A stretch of 64,000 nt of DNA from positions 1,996-65,995 of the forward strand of contig CAYPFJ010000013.1 of NCBI GenBank assembly GCA_964409945.1, written 5' to 3'. Within the stretch, counting starts at the first letter, position 1. Every line of letters begins with the position of its first letter. A program made the translations under genes and the position numbers. The notes below the pieces were generated by a model. It searched no databases, was not told where the DNA came from, and saw nothing but the letters and a program-made list of their open reading frames with translations. This DNA is from an uncultured archaeon. GTDB lineage: Archaea; Asgardarchaeota; Lokiarchaeia; Sigyniarchaeales; SOKP01. Positions 9,693-19,351 of this stretch are shown here, piece after piece.

Positions 9693-11147
9693 ATGGTAGA
9701 TAAAAAAAAAGAAAATAAGACTCTTACTACTGCTGGCGGAGCACCCGTCTCTGATAATCAAAACTCTGAAACAGTGGGCGAAAGAGGTCCTGTTCTCATG
9801 CAAGATGTTCACCTAATTGAGAAATTAGCTACATTTGCTAGAGAACGAATACCTGAGCGAGTAGTACACGCAAAAGGAGCTGGAGCCTACGGGACTTTTA
9901 CTGTTACAGGGGATATAACAAAATATACAAAAGCCAAAATTTTCTCTAAAATTGGAAAAAAAACCGATCTATTCGGCCGATTCTCAACAGTTGCAGGTGA
10001 AAGAGGTTCAGCTGATACAGTTAGAGATGTTAGAGGTTTTGCAATAAAGTTTTATACAGAAGAAGGAAATTGGGATTTAGTAGGTAATAATACACCAGTA
10101 TTTTTTGTCAGAGATCCCTTAAAATTCAGTGATTTCATCCACACACAGAAACGTATGCCGAAATCAAACCTTCGATCTCAAACAATGTGGTGGGATTTCT
10201 GGTCTCTAGTTCCTGAATCTTTGCATCAAATAACCATCCTATTTTCTGATCGTGGTATCCCTAGAGGTTTTCCCCATATGAATGGCTATAGTAGCCATAC
10301 TTATAGTTTTATAAATGCAAATGATGAACGCTTCTGGGTTAAATTTCATTTTAAAACTATGCAAGGAATAAAGTGTTTCATACAAGCCGAAGCTGATGAG
10401 ATTGCAGGTAAAGATCCAGATTGGGCAACTCGTGATCTTTTTGAAAGAATTGAGAAAAAAGATTTTCCCAAATGGGAATTATCGGTACAAATCATGCCAG
10501 AGCTTGAAGCTGAAACGTATGAATGGAATCCCTTCGACCTCACTAAAGTATGGCCTCATAAGGATTATCCATTGATTAAAGTGGGAATTATGGAGCTAAA
10601 TAGAAACCCTGATAACTATTTTGCAGAAACCGAACAATGTGCTTTTGATCCCTCGAATAGAGTACCAGGTATTTCCTTTTCACCAGATAAAATGCTTCAA
10701 GGAAGACTATTTTCATATGGCGATGCACATAGGTACAGATTAGGTGTTAATTATCAGAGTTTGCCTATTAATCGCCCAAAATCAGCACAAGTTAATACAT
10801 ATCATAGGGATGGTTTAATGAGATTTGATGGAAATGCAGGAGACGCAGTGGTCTATGAACCAAATAGTTTTGGAGGCCCTAAAGAAGACCCTGCATTTAA
10901 AGAACCGCCCTTAAAGATTTCGGGTGATGCAGATAGATATAATCAACCAAGAGTTGATGCAGATTTTATTCAACCCGGTAATCTCTATAGATTGATGCCC
11001 CCTGATGAACAGGATCGTCTAATCCAAAACCTTGTTAATAGCTTAAAAACCGTACCCAAGTCCATTCAGGAACGAATGCTTCAATATTTTTATAAAGCTG
11101 ATTCGACTTGGGGCGATAGAATCGCAAAAGGATTAGGATTAAAATAG
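9693..11147 (+). CDS. katA: Monofunctional heme catalase (small-subunit type)
   Basis: [22 protein letters not shown] (distal His region), [12 protein letters not shown], and [16 protein letters not shown] (proximal Tyr ligand region). Confidence 0.95.
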   Translation: MVDKKKENKTLTTAGGAPVSDNQNSETVGERGPVLMQDVHLIEKLATFARERIPERVVHAKGAGAYGTFTVTGDITKYTKAKIFSKIGKKTDLFGRFSTVAGERGSADTVRDVRGFAIKFYTEEGNWDLVGNNTPVFFVRDPLKFSDFIHTQKRMPKSNLRSQTMWWDFWSLVPESLHQITILFSDRGIPRGFPHMNGYSSHTYSFINANDERFWVKFHFKTMQGIKCFIQAEADEIAGKDPDWATRDLFERIEKKDFPKWELSVQIMPELEAETYEWNPFDLTKVWPHKDYPLIKVGIMELNRNPDNYFAETEQCAFDPSNRVPGISFSPDKMLQGRLFSYGDAHRYRLGVNYQSLPINRPKSAQVNTYHRDGLMRFDGNAGDAVVYEPNSFGGPKEDPAFKEPPLKISGDADRYNQPRVDADFIQPGNLYRLMPPDEQDRLIQNLVNSLKTVPKSIQERMLQYFYKADSTWGDRIAKGLGLK

Positions 11148-11289
11148 GCTTTCTAATAAAATTTATTTTTTAAAATTAACTCCTTCTTTTTTTCAATACA
11201 TTATTATAATTTTAATGTAATTTAATCAAAATAGTATTGAACGAATAAAATTAAAAGAAAAAATAATACTAATTTTTGTTTTTTAAATA

Positions 11290-11458
11290 TTTCTTTGATT
11301 TTTTCATAGAAATCGAGTAATTCTGAATTTCTAATCGCATCTCTATTCGCCACAGCCATTCCATGAATGATTTTTATAACCGTAATTTCTACTTTCTTGT
11401 TGCTAAAGGTGTATGGAATGCCATCTTTTGGTGATTGAAATATGAGCTTCGGAAAAGT
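11290..11458 (-). pseudogene. Remnant of the last ~52 codons of an acetoacetyl-CoA synthetase paralog
   Basis: Minus-strand translation PKLIFQSPKDGIPYTFSNKKVEITVIKIIHGMAVANRDAIRNSELLDFYEKIKE aligns with the C-terminus of the intact gene at 12083 (PKLIYAAPEDGIPYTFSNKKVEIAVTKIIHGMPVANRGALRNPTSLDFYIEMKD). DNA similarity is visible by eye. A stop lies immediately upstream and no body of the gene is present. Confidence 0.75.
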
Positions 11459-11525
11459 TTATTTCCTTTAGTGTCTTATAAGAATTAGTTCTCTTAGAAC
11501 TATTATTTATTAAAAAATTAAAAAT

Positions 11526-11873
11526 ATGGTAATAAAATTGGTAAAAGGAACAGTAAAGTGGTTTAATGGCCGAAAAGGCTTTGGATTTATAAATTCTGAA
11601 GAAGGAAATGACGTATTTGTTCATTTTTCGGCATTAGCTGGAAATCATGATGAATATAAAACATTAAATGAAAATGATGAAGTTGAATTTGAAGTAACAG
11701 AAGGTCAAAAAGGTCCCCAAGCAAGTAACGTTGTCGTCACTAAAAAAGCCCCTCCCCAACAAAGCTCATCTTATGGTGGTGGTCGAGGTGGTGGTCGAGG
11801 TGGTGGTCGAGGTGATAGCCGAAGTGGAGGCCGAAGTGGAGGCCGAAGCGGTGGTAAAAAAAGAAGCTACTAA
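11526..11873 (+). CDS. csp: Cold-shock domain protein with a C-terminal Arg/Gly-rich (RGG) tail
   Basis: [17 protein letters not shown] and DVFVHF, followed by [36 protein letters not shown]. The true start may be the internal TTG at 11538, by analogy with the gene at 7045. Confidence 0.85.
   Translation: MVIKLVKGTVKWFNGRKGFGFINSEEGNDVFVHFSALAGNHDEYKTLNENDEVEFEVTEGQKGPQASNVVVTKKAPPQQSSSYGGGRGGGRGGGRGDSRSGGRSGGRSGGKKRSY
11775..11854 (+). repeat. Two sets of 12-nt tandem repeats (ggtggtggtcga x3, then ggccgaagtgga-like x3) encoding the RGG tail
   Basis: Read directly from the sequence, inside the csp CDS. Confidence 0.9.
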
Positions 11874-11970
11874 TTCTATATAAGATTATAAATTCCCTAA
11901 TTGTACAAAATATTTTGAATAGCAAATAATAGTAAGTAAAATTTTTTTATTTCTATCAACGTTATTGAAC

Positions 11971-11981
11971 TTTTTTTTTTT
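11971..11981 (+). terminator. Oligo-T tract (T11) downstream of csp-RGG; candidate terminator
   Basis: T11 run about 100 nt after the stop, the same arrangement as after the first csp gene. Confidence 0.4.
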
Positions 11982-12082
11982 GTTTCTAAACCTTATTAAT
12001 AAACAAAGGAGCTAAAAATAACCGTGATTTTTAGTTTTTTATAATATGCTATGTTATCACGATAAAATGAAGAAAAAAAATA

Positions 12083-14080
12083 TTATTGGAGTTTATCCTT
12101 CATCTCAATGTAGAAATCTAAAGAGGTTGGGTTCCGGAGTGCTCCTCGATTAGCGACAGGCATGCCATGGATGATTTTGGTCACTGCAATCTCGACTTTT
12201 TTGTTGCTAAAGGTATAAGGAATGCCATCTTCTGGTGCAGCATAGATTAATTTTGGTACATGCCTTGGACTAGTCTTTTCACGTAAGGTTTGTCGAATTT
12301 TTGCTTGTAATTCATCGGTTAGTTCATATCCTTCATTTAAAAGCACAAACATTATTATTCGGATATCACCCTCCCATTTCTGACCAATGACTAGTGAGTC
12401 TGCAATCTCTGGTAATTGCTCCACCACATTATAGATTTCCGCAGTTCCGATTCTTACCCCACTTGGCTTAAGTACTGCATCAGAACGCCCCCAGAAGGTA
12501 ATTCCACCTGTATCGCTATGAATTACTATATAATCTCCGTGTCTCCAGACTATTTTCCCAACATCCTTATAATAATCAAAATAAGCTGCTTTATATTTAG
12601 TCATATTCTCGTCATCGCCCCAGAAATGAGTGGGCATTGATGGTGCAGGTGCCTCACAAACAAGCTCAGCTTGTTCATCCTCAATTGGTTCAGCTTTTCC
12701 ACTATATGACTCAACTTTCATTGCTAAAGCACGACCTTGTAATTCGCCAGAATATACTGGAAGAATAGGTATTGCTCCAGCAAAACATCCATTAATATCG
12801 GTTCCTCCACTAATTGAATTGAAAAAAAGGTCCTTCTTTATTTCTCTATATACATATTCAAATCCCTCGGGTGAAAGTGTAGATGCTGTTTGTGAAATTT
12901 CTCTCAAAGAACTTAAATCATATTTTTCAGCAGGTTTAAGTCCAAGACCCATTAAGTAATGGATATAGGCAGCACTAGTACCAAATATGCTAATTTTATA
13001 TTTTTCTATCAATTCAAAAAATCTAAGAGGATCCGGATAAAGTGGATTTCCATCATATAGAAAGATAGTTGCTCCTACTGCTAGAGCACTAATTAGCCAA
13101 TTCCACATCATCCAACTTGGTGCGGTAATATAATTTATCACATCACTCCTCTTACAATCAGAAGAAAGTATAAGTTCCTTTAAATGATTTATAAGAACCC
13201 CACCACCACTCTGTACCATACATTTTGGTTTTCCTGTCGTTCCTGAAGAGAACATTATATAGATAGGATGATCAAAAGGTAATTGTTCAAATTCTAAAGG
13301 TGGATCTTCAGCTTTAGAAATAAAATCTTCCCAATTTATTGCTTTAGGAATATAATTAACATCAGCTTTACCGTCAGAGACGTAAGAAACAACGACCACT
13401 TTTTCTATTGAAGGTATTGCTTCTACAACCTCTTTTATATTATCTCTAATATCAAAAATTTGATCTCTGTAAAAGTATCCATCAACAGTAAAGAGTACTT
13501 TTGGTTCAATTTGACTAAATCTATCAACAACGGCACTAGATTGAAGCTCAGCACCACAAGAAGCCCAGATCGCCCCAATAGCTGTTGTTGCTAACATTGC
13601 AATTGGAGTTTCAATTAGATTTGGAATATATGATACAACTCGATCACCGACCTTAATTCCTATATCTTTGAGAGATTTTCTCAAACGAGCTACTATCTTA
13701 TTTAATTCGGCGTAGGTCATTTGTTTTGATACTTTTGTTTCACCCTGAAATATAAAAGCTAATTGATCGTCTTTATACTTCAGAAGATTCTCAGCAAAAT
13801 TTAGTTTTGCACCAGGGAACCATTTGGTTCCGGGAAATACGCGTAAGTCTTCAACAACTTTATCATATGGTTGAGAAGATATAATACCAGAAAATTTCCA
13901 CATAGCCTCCCAAAAATCTGGAATCTTCTCAACGGACCATTTATAAAGATCTTTACCACCTTTTATCTTTTGACCGTATTCCTTATTAACAAGCTCGATA
14001 AAACGAGTAGCTTCTGCGTTTTTAATCCATTTTTTAGAGGGTTCCCATAGTTTTTTTCGCTTATCACTCATAATTTTCAC
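12083..14080 (-). CDS. Acetoacetyl-CoA synthetase (acetoacetate-CoA ligase, AMP-forming)
   Basis: The N-terminus KLWEPSKKWIKNAEATRFIELVN...YKWSVEKIPDFWEAMWKFSGI is characteristic of acetoacetyl-CoA synthetases. The AMP-binding motif is IMFSSGTTGKPKCMV. Confidence 0.85.
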   Translation of the reverse strand: MKIMSDKRKKLWEPSKKWIKNAEATRFIELVNKEYGQKIKGGKDLYKWSVEKIPDFWEAMWKFSGIISSQPYDKVVEDLRVFPGTKWFPGAKLNFAENLLKYKDDQLAFIFQGETKVSKQMTYAELNKIVARLRKSLKDIGIKVGDRVVSYIPNLIETPIAMLATTAIGAIWASCGAELQSSAVVDRFSQIEPKVLFTVDGYFYRDQIFDIRDNIKEVVEAIPSIEKVVVVSYVSDGKADVNYIPKAINWEDFISKAEDPPLEFEQLPFDHPIYIMFSSGTTGKPKCMVQSGGGVLINHLKELILSSDCKRSDVINYITAPSWMMWNWLISALAVGATIFLYDGNPLYPDPLRFFELIEKYKISIFGTSAAYIHYLMGLGLKPAEKYDLSSLREISQTASTLSPEGFEYVYREIKKDLFFNSISGGTDINGCFAGAIPILPVYSGELQGRALAMKVESYSGKAEPIEDEQAELVCEAPAPSMPTHFWGDDENMTKYKAAYFDYYKDVGKIVWRHGDYIVIHSDTGGITFWGRSDAVLKPSGVRIGTAEIYNVVEQLPEIADSLVIGQKWEGDIRIIMFVLLNEGYELTDELQAKIRQTLREKTSPRHVPKLIYAAPEDGIPYTFSNKKVEIAVTKIIHGMPVANRGALRNPTSLDFYIEMKDKLQ

Positions 14081-14177
14081 TATTTATATATGATTTCAAA
14101 CAATTGAATTAAAAAATTATTGATTCTAATATGTATTAATGATATCATATAATATTCATTAAAATAAGAATAATTAG

Positions 14178-14378
14178 GTGTTGCTTATAGACGAAAAAGA
14201 TGAAAATAAAAATAAAAAAAAAAACCAAACAGCTCGAGAAATAGCAGAAATTATGGTTGAAAACATGAAAGCAAATATGGCCAATCCTAATTTTTGGGCG
14301 GAGAAAGAGGAAAGATTACAAAAAGTCAGAGATAAAGTTTTAAAGGAAAGAAAGGAAAGGCAAAAAACTGAAGAATAG
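14178..14378 (+). CDS. Small Lys/Glu-rich hypothetical protein (GTG start)
   Basis: Only an ORF with low-complexity charged composition; it may not be expressed. Confidence 0.25.
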   Translation: MLLIDEKDENKNKKKNQTAREIAEIMVENMKANMANPNFWAEKEERLQKVRDKVLKERKERQKTEE

Positions 14379-14391
14379 GTTATATAACTCT

Positions 14392-15882
14392 TTAGGTTTT
14401 TATTTTCTTTTTTTTTTTATATTCCACATATTCGCAAACTTTGGCTAGGGCATTTACAGGACGATCCCATAATGTAAATAACATTGTCCCATTTTTCCTT
14501 AGTTTTTTTGACCATGGAGCATTAAAATTCATTGGATTGATATACAATATTGGGATTGAGTATTTTTGACAATTTTTCATAGTTGGTTGGAGTAATTTCT
14601 CTGCGAGTTTATCAACGAATTCTTCTGATTGATGTTGAAATTCAGCATTTTTTGCGATTTGATCATATTTAAGATATTCATCCAAAACTTCCTGGAAGCC
14701 CACTACACCATATTGAATAATTGCATCGATTTCTCCAGATTTCATTAAAATTTCAGGCAAAGCAATATAAAAATACGGTAGATCCATATCAAAAGTACAA
14801 TCTACAGGATTTTTGAAACTCGCCGTTGGAGGTAGAGTAGTCTTTAATTCTTCTTGGAGTGAATCAGAAAATTCAGGGACAATTAAACCATGTTTTTCAG
14901 CATTATTAGCGACCATTGCTCCCGGACCCCCCGAATTTGTTATGATACCAAGTCGCTTTCCTTTAGGTATTATCCCTTTTGAAAGAATAAAAGCAATGTC
15001 TAAAAATTCTTGAACATAATCAGTTTTAATAATACCAGTCTCCTTAAAAAGACCTTCATATATTTTAGAATGTCCTGCTAGAGATCCTGTGTGACTTTGC
15101 AATGCACGATTACCTGCTTTCGAACCCCCTACATAAATTGCGATAATTGGTTTTTTAGGAGTAATTTCTTTAGCTAATTCTAAGAACTTTTTCCCCCTTT
15201 TTATCTCTTCGATATACAATCCAATTATTTCAGTATATTCATCATCCTTATAGTACTCTAAACAATCTACAATATCTATGTTTGCTTCATTTCCAACAGA
15301 TAATGATCTACTCAAACCTAAATCTAAATTCTTAGGATCATACCAAATGTGGCAAGAGAGAGTACCCGATTGAGAAGCTATTGAAAATTTACTTCTCTTG
15401 AGGTTTTCCCAAATAAAGATATTAAATGACTTATTTTCTTCTTCTGATCCATACCAATTATTATAAACACCCAAACAATTAGGACCAATAAATCTTATTC
15501 CATAATCTTTAGCTATCTCGTTTATTTCTTGCGTTAATGAATTGTTACGATCTCCTATTAATTCACGAAAACCTCCTGAAATTAAAACTATCCTTTTAAC
15601 GCCTTTTTTTCCGCATTCCCTAAAAATTTGAGGTACAACTTTGGCAGGAAGGACTATCACTACAAGATCAGGAATTTCTGGAACTTCATTAATTGATTTA
15701 TACGCCTTAAATCCCATTACTGATTCTAATTTTAAATGTATTGGATACACTTTACCGTCATAACTATACTTAATTAAATTCATAATCTGAAGGCTAGCTA
15801 AAGAATTACCTTTATTATTAGCTCCATAAATAGCGATGCATTTCGGGTTTAAAAATCCATGTAAGAAGTGAGACTCATTCAT
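14392..15882 (-). CDS. ADP-forming acyl/acetyl-CoA synthetase alpha-type protein (CoA-binding + succinyl-CoA-ligase-like domains)
   Basis: The N-terminus PKCIAIYGANNKGNSLA...VVIVLPAKVVPQIFRECGKKGVKRIVLISGGF is a CoA-binding domain. The phosphohistidine segment is ALQSHTGSLAGHS. Confidence 0.75.
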   Translation of the reverse strand: MNESHFLHGFLNPKCIAIYGANNKGNSLASLQIMNLIKYSYDGKVYPIHLKLESVMGFKAYKSINEVPEIPDLVVIVLPAKVVPQIFRECGKKGVKRIVLISGGFRELIGDRNNSLTQEINEIAKDYGIRFIGPNCLGVYNNWYGSEEENKSFNIFIWENLKRSKFSIASQSGTLSCHIWYDPKNLDLGLSRSLSVGNEANIDIVDCLEYYKDDEYTEIIGLYIEEIKRGKKFLELAKEITPKKPIIAIYVGGSKAGNRALQSHTGSLAGHSKIYEGLFKETGIIKTDYVQEFLDIAFILSKGIIPKGKRLGIITNSGGPGAMVANNAEKHGLIVPEFSDSLQEELKTTLPPTASFKNPVDCTFDMDLPYFYIALPEILMKSGEIDAIIQYGVVGFQEVLDEYLKYDQIAKNAEFQHQSEEFVDKLAEKLLQPTMKNCQKYSIPILYINPMNFNAPWSKKLRKNGTMLFTLWDRPVNALAKVCEYVEYKKKKKIKT

Positions 15883-16273
15883 ATATATTCCCTTAGATCA
15901 ATAAATATTACATGATTTTAAAACCTAAATTTTTAATACATATTATCATATCCAAATTTGAATCTAAAATATACTTTTTTTAAAGAGAGCTAATAAATCT
16001 TCAAATAGAATCATCAAAAATCGAAACAATAGGAGTTAATTTTACTTAATAGAATGTAATTATTAGATATGAATAATTCATTGTATATAAGCACGTCATA
16101 TAATTTGCTTATGTATTATTTTGAACGATAGATATAATTACAAATATTAATTATATTCAGAAATATTAATGAATATAAGAAAATAGTCTTAGTTTTAAAC
16201 CATTTTTTGTAATAATTTAGGCATGACTAAAATTTAAATACTATTTTAAGTTCTACTTAATTGGTGATAAATT

Positions 16274-17200
16274 ATTAAAATATTAGTATATGGCGCGGGA
16301 GTAATAGGTAGCATTTTTGCTTATAAGCTTAAAAGTAGTGGAAATGATGTTTCTATTCTTGCGAGAGGAAAACGTCTAGAAGATTTAAAAAAACATGGAC
16401 TTATTATTCAAGATGATATTTTTCACAAAGTATACAAAACAGATATCAATGTTGTAGAGCGATTAAATAAGGAAGATCTTTATGATGTTATCTTAGTAAT
16501 TATGCAGCGACAACAAGTTAGTGAGATTTTACCCATTCTAAAGGAGAATATTAGTCCCATCATAATTTTTACAGGAAACAACCCTTCGGGAGCGGCTGAA
16601 TATTTAGATTATATTGAGAAAAGTAGAATTCTCCTTGGGTTTGGAGGGCCTGGCGGATATAGAGAAGATTATAAAATTATCGCAGCTTATGTAGATGATG
16701 CTATTTTATATGTAGGGGAGCTTGATGGAAAAAAAAGTGATCGATTAAAAAATATTGAACACGTTTTTACAAATTCAGGAATCAAAGTTGATATTAGTGA
16801 AGATATTGATGCGTGGTTAAAAACCCATATGGCATTTATAAGTCCATTAGCCATGGGAAGCGATGCAGCAAAGAAACAAAATAGAACGCTCGGAACAGAT
16901 ATTGAACTCGTTAAATTAGCCCTTCAAGGATTTCGAGAAAATATTAACGCATTAAAAGAGCTTGGTATCCCTATTCTTCCGAAAAAATTTAAGCTACTTA
17001 CTTGGATTCCTTTATCTATACTAAGAAAAAAGCTTCTTAAACTTATCAATTCTGAGTTTGGGAGAATCGTATTATCAGGACATGCAAATGCTGCGAAAAA
17101 TGAAATGAAAAGGCTTTCAGAGGATTTTTTTGAAGTAGTAAAAGATGTAAAAACTGATATGAGTTCAAATCAAAAACTCTACAAATTAAGTTTTGCTTGA
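16274..17200 (+). CDS. Ketopantoate reductase (ApbA/PanE) family oxidoreductase lacking a canonical start codon
   Basis: The frame is open from 16271, just after the TAA at 16268. It encodes IIKILVYGAGVIGSIFAYKLKSSGNDVSILARGKRLEDLKKHGL (Rossmann GxGxxG) upstream of the first ATG (16502). Only ATT/ATA codons stand where Met is expected. Confidence 0.6.
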   Translation: MKILVYGAGVIGSIFAYKLKSSGNDVSILARGKRLEDLKKHGLIIQDDIFHKVYKTDINVVERLNKEDLYDVILVIMQRQQVSEILPILKENISPIIIFTGNNPSGAAEYLDYIEKSRILLGFGGPGGYREDYKIIAAYVDDAILYVGELDGKKSDRLKNIEHVFTNSGIKVDISEDIDAWLKTHMAFISPLAMGSDAAKKQNRTLGTDIELVKLALQGFRENINALKELGIPILPKKFKLLTWIPLSILRKKLLKLINSEFGRIVLSGHANAAKNEMKRLSEDFFEVVKDVKTDMSSNQKLYKLSFA

Positions 17201-17275
17201 TTTTTAAAATTATAGAAATTCTAGCAGAGAAATCTAAGTAAAAAAGTATTTTAAAAATTTTTAATTTGATTTTTT

Positions 17276-18530
17276 ATGCCTAAAATATTTGATGGTTTAA
17301 GGATCCTTGATTGCTCACACTTCAAAACACGCATATCGCATTAAGGGGTAAAATTTATCTCGGGTCCATGGACAAGTACATTTTTTGTTGACCAAGGGGC
17401 AGAAGTAATAAAGGTAGAAATTTGAATGCAATTCGCATTCTATACTATAACCTCCACCCTTTGGAGAGGCATTCCGATTATTTATTCTTTATGATAAACC
17501 TGTCTTTCCGTTATTCTCCATTTTAAATAGAGGTAAGAAGTCTATTTCACTCGATTTAAGAAAAGAAAAGGCATTAGAGATATTCAAAAAGTTAGTGAAA
17601 AAATCTGATGTCCTCATAGAAAATTTTGTCCAAGGAACAATGGAAAACTGGGGATTAGGATATGATATTTTAAAAGAGATTAATCCTAGGTTGATATACG
17701 CAAAGATTTCTGGTTATGGGAACGAAGGATTAGAACGATATACTCAGAAAACAGCTTTTGATATAATTATTCAAGCTGAAGCGGGAATTCTGGATGCTTT
17801 GGGCTTTAAGGAAGGTCCACCAAGATTACCTATAGCAGATTATACTGCAGGACATATCGCTGCAATTGGGATAAGTCAAGCACTCTATTATAGAGAAAGA
17901 ACTGGGAAAGGACAATTTATCGATATCTCAATGCATGATATAATGTTTTCTATAAATATTAGAGCTCAAGCAAAAGAATTTATTCCAAGAGCTCAACGTA
18001 TCGATATAGCGTCAAAATATTTACCAATTTACAATCAATACCACTGTAAAGATGGATTGATTGTCTTAACTACACTAACAGAAAAACAATGGATTCATCT
18101 CTGTGAGAATGTGCTAAAAAAACCAGAACTAATGAAAGATCCTCGTTTCGATAATATTATAAAAAGATTTGATTATATTGAGGTATTGGATAAAATAATT
18201 GAAGGATGGAGTAAAAGATTCACACGTGATGAAGCAATTAAACAATTAGAAGCAGTAAGAATCCCCTGTGGTAAGACTTTACGAATAGATGAAGTTCATG
18301 CCCATCCAAATCTTATAGAAAGAGGAATGCTATGTGATCAATTTGATTTCTCTAAATGGGGTGTTGAAAAAGCCACGATCCCTAATCGTTTGATAAATTT
18401 TTCTGACACTAAAGGCTCTGTTGAGAGTTCAGGACCTGAATTTGGAGCAAATAATGAAGAAATTTACTGTGATTTGCTCGGTTATAACAAAGATGACCTT
18501 AAAAGTTGGAAACAACAAAAGTTAATATAA
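17276..18530 (+). pseudogene. Family III CoA-transferase (CaiB/BaiF/formyl-CoA transferase-like) with a disrupted 5' end
   Basis: The ATG at 17276 gives MPKIFDGLRILDCSHF and then an in-frame TAA. The frame then reads ISGPWTSTFFVDQGAEVIKVE and hits a TGA. The next conserved block (PPPFGEAFRLF...LNRGKKSISLDLRKEKALEIFKKLVKKSDVLIENF) is in another frame. Only 17595..18530 (311 aa) is intact. Confidence 0.75.
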
Positions 18531-18599
18531 TATAGCATATGGATTTTAATATTTTAAAAAATTATTTAAAATAATTTATTTAAAAAGGTTTATATGTAA

Positions 18600-18896
18600 A
18601 TGAGTGAAGAAGGAAAAAAAGAAAAAAACTTCATAGAAAAGCTGAATGAACAATTTACTTCATTTGTTGGTTCAGTGTTTGGTGAATCTGGAAAAGACTT
18701 TATAGAAGAAACTTCTGAAAAAATAAAAGAGTTCAGTTCTGGTGCTATCGAAAAATTTATGGAATTTAGCGATGACGTAATTGAAAAACTTAACTTAAAT
18801 GAAAATGAACAAGTAATTAAAGCTCGTGATAGTGTAGAAGATATGCTAAAGCAAGCAGGACTACTAAAAGAAGACGAGGAAGAAGAGGAGTTTTAA
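18600..18896 (+). CDS. Small acidic hypothetical protein
   Basis: 98-aa ORF, Glu-rich, ending EDEEEEEF. No recognised motif. Confidence 0.4.
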   Translation: MSEEGKKEKNFIEKLNEQFTSFVGSVFGESGKDFIEETSEKIKEFSSGAIEKFMEFSDDVIEKLNLNENEQVIKARDSVEDMLKQAGLLKEDEEEEEF

Positions 18897-18977
18897 TTCA
18901 AATTTTAGAAATTAGGATTTAAAATTTTATTAAATCTTTATTTATTTTAATTATAAAAATTAGTTTTTAATTAGTAA

Positions 18978-19220
18978 TTATAAGGTCTTAGCATTTTTTA
19001 GGAAAGATTTAATCTCTTCTTGAGTTGCATTGAACAATTCGGATATTACCATTAACGACGTCGCTTGATCCATGCCTAAACCTACATAATCTTTATATAA
19101 TTTTATCCAAGTTTCTTTTTGAGTATATTTATTTGGATGATCTGTCTGAATATGTTGCCAATAAGGATGTTCCAACTCAATGCCGCAATAGGGGCAAAAT
19201 CTAGATTCTTCTTCGCTCAT
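18978..19220 (-). CDS. Small protein with an N-terminal C2H2-like zinc finger
   Basis: FCPYCGIELEHPYWQHIQTDH fits C-x2-C-x10-H-x4-H. Confidence 0.55.
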   Translation of the reverse strand: MSEEESRFCPYCGIELEHPYWQHIQTDHPNKYTQKETWIKLYKDYVGLGMDQATSLMVISELFNATQEEIKSFLKNAKTL

Positions 19221-19351
19221 AAAATTAGTCCCTTAACTTTATATTTAGTTTATTTTTTTTCTGAATAATTGTAATAAACCAATGTTTATATAAAAAACTT
19301 ATAATTTCAAAAAGTTAAAAATTTCGTATTTAGAGATTTTTTTAAAATACT

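Noticed and set aside
10346-15013. Track ORFs 10346..10543(-), 11403..11624(-), 11740..11925(-), 12416..12640(+), 12630..12959(+) and 14813..15013(+)
   Set aside because: They are antisense to or overlapping catalase, csp-RGG, the acetoacetyl-CoA synthetase and the ACD-alpha gene. ORF 11740..11925 is only the antisense reading of the RGG repeats (HLDHHLDHH). ORF 11403..11624 mixes the synthetase remnant in the wrong frame with the csp promoter region.
17343-17425. Selenocysteine or other recoding as an explanation for the stops in the CoA-transferase 5' region
   Set aside because: The region contains TAA and TGA as well as a frame change and an apparent insertion. No SECIS-like structure is evident. 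Multiple independent lesions fit a pseudogene or sequence-quality explanation, unlike the four clean single-TAG cases.
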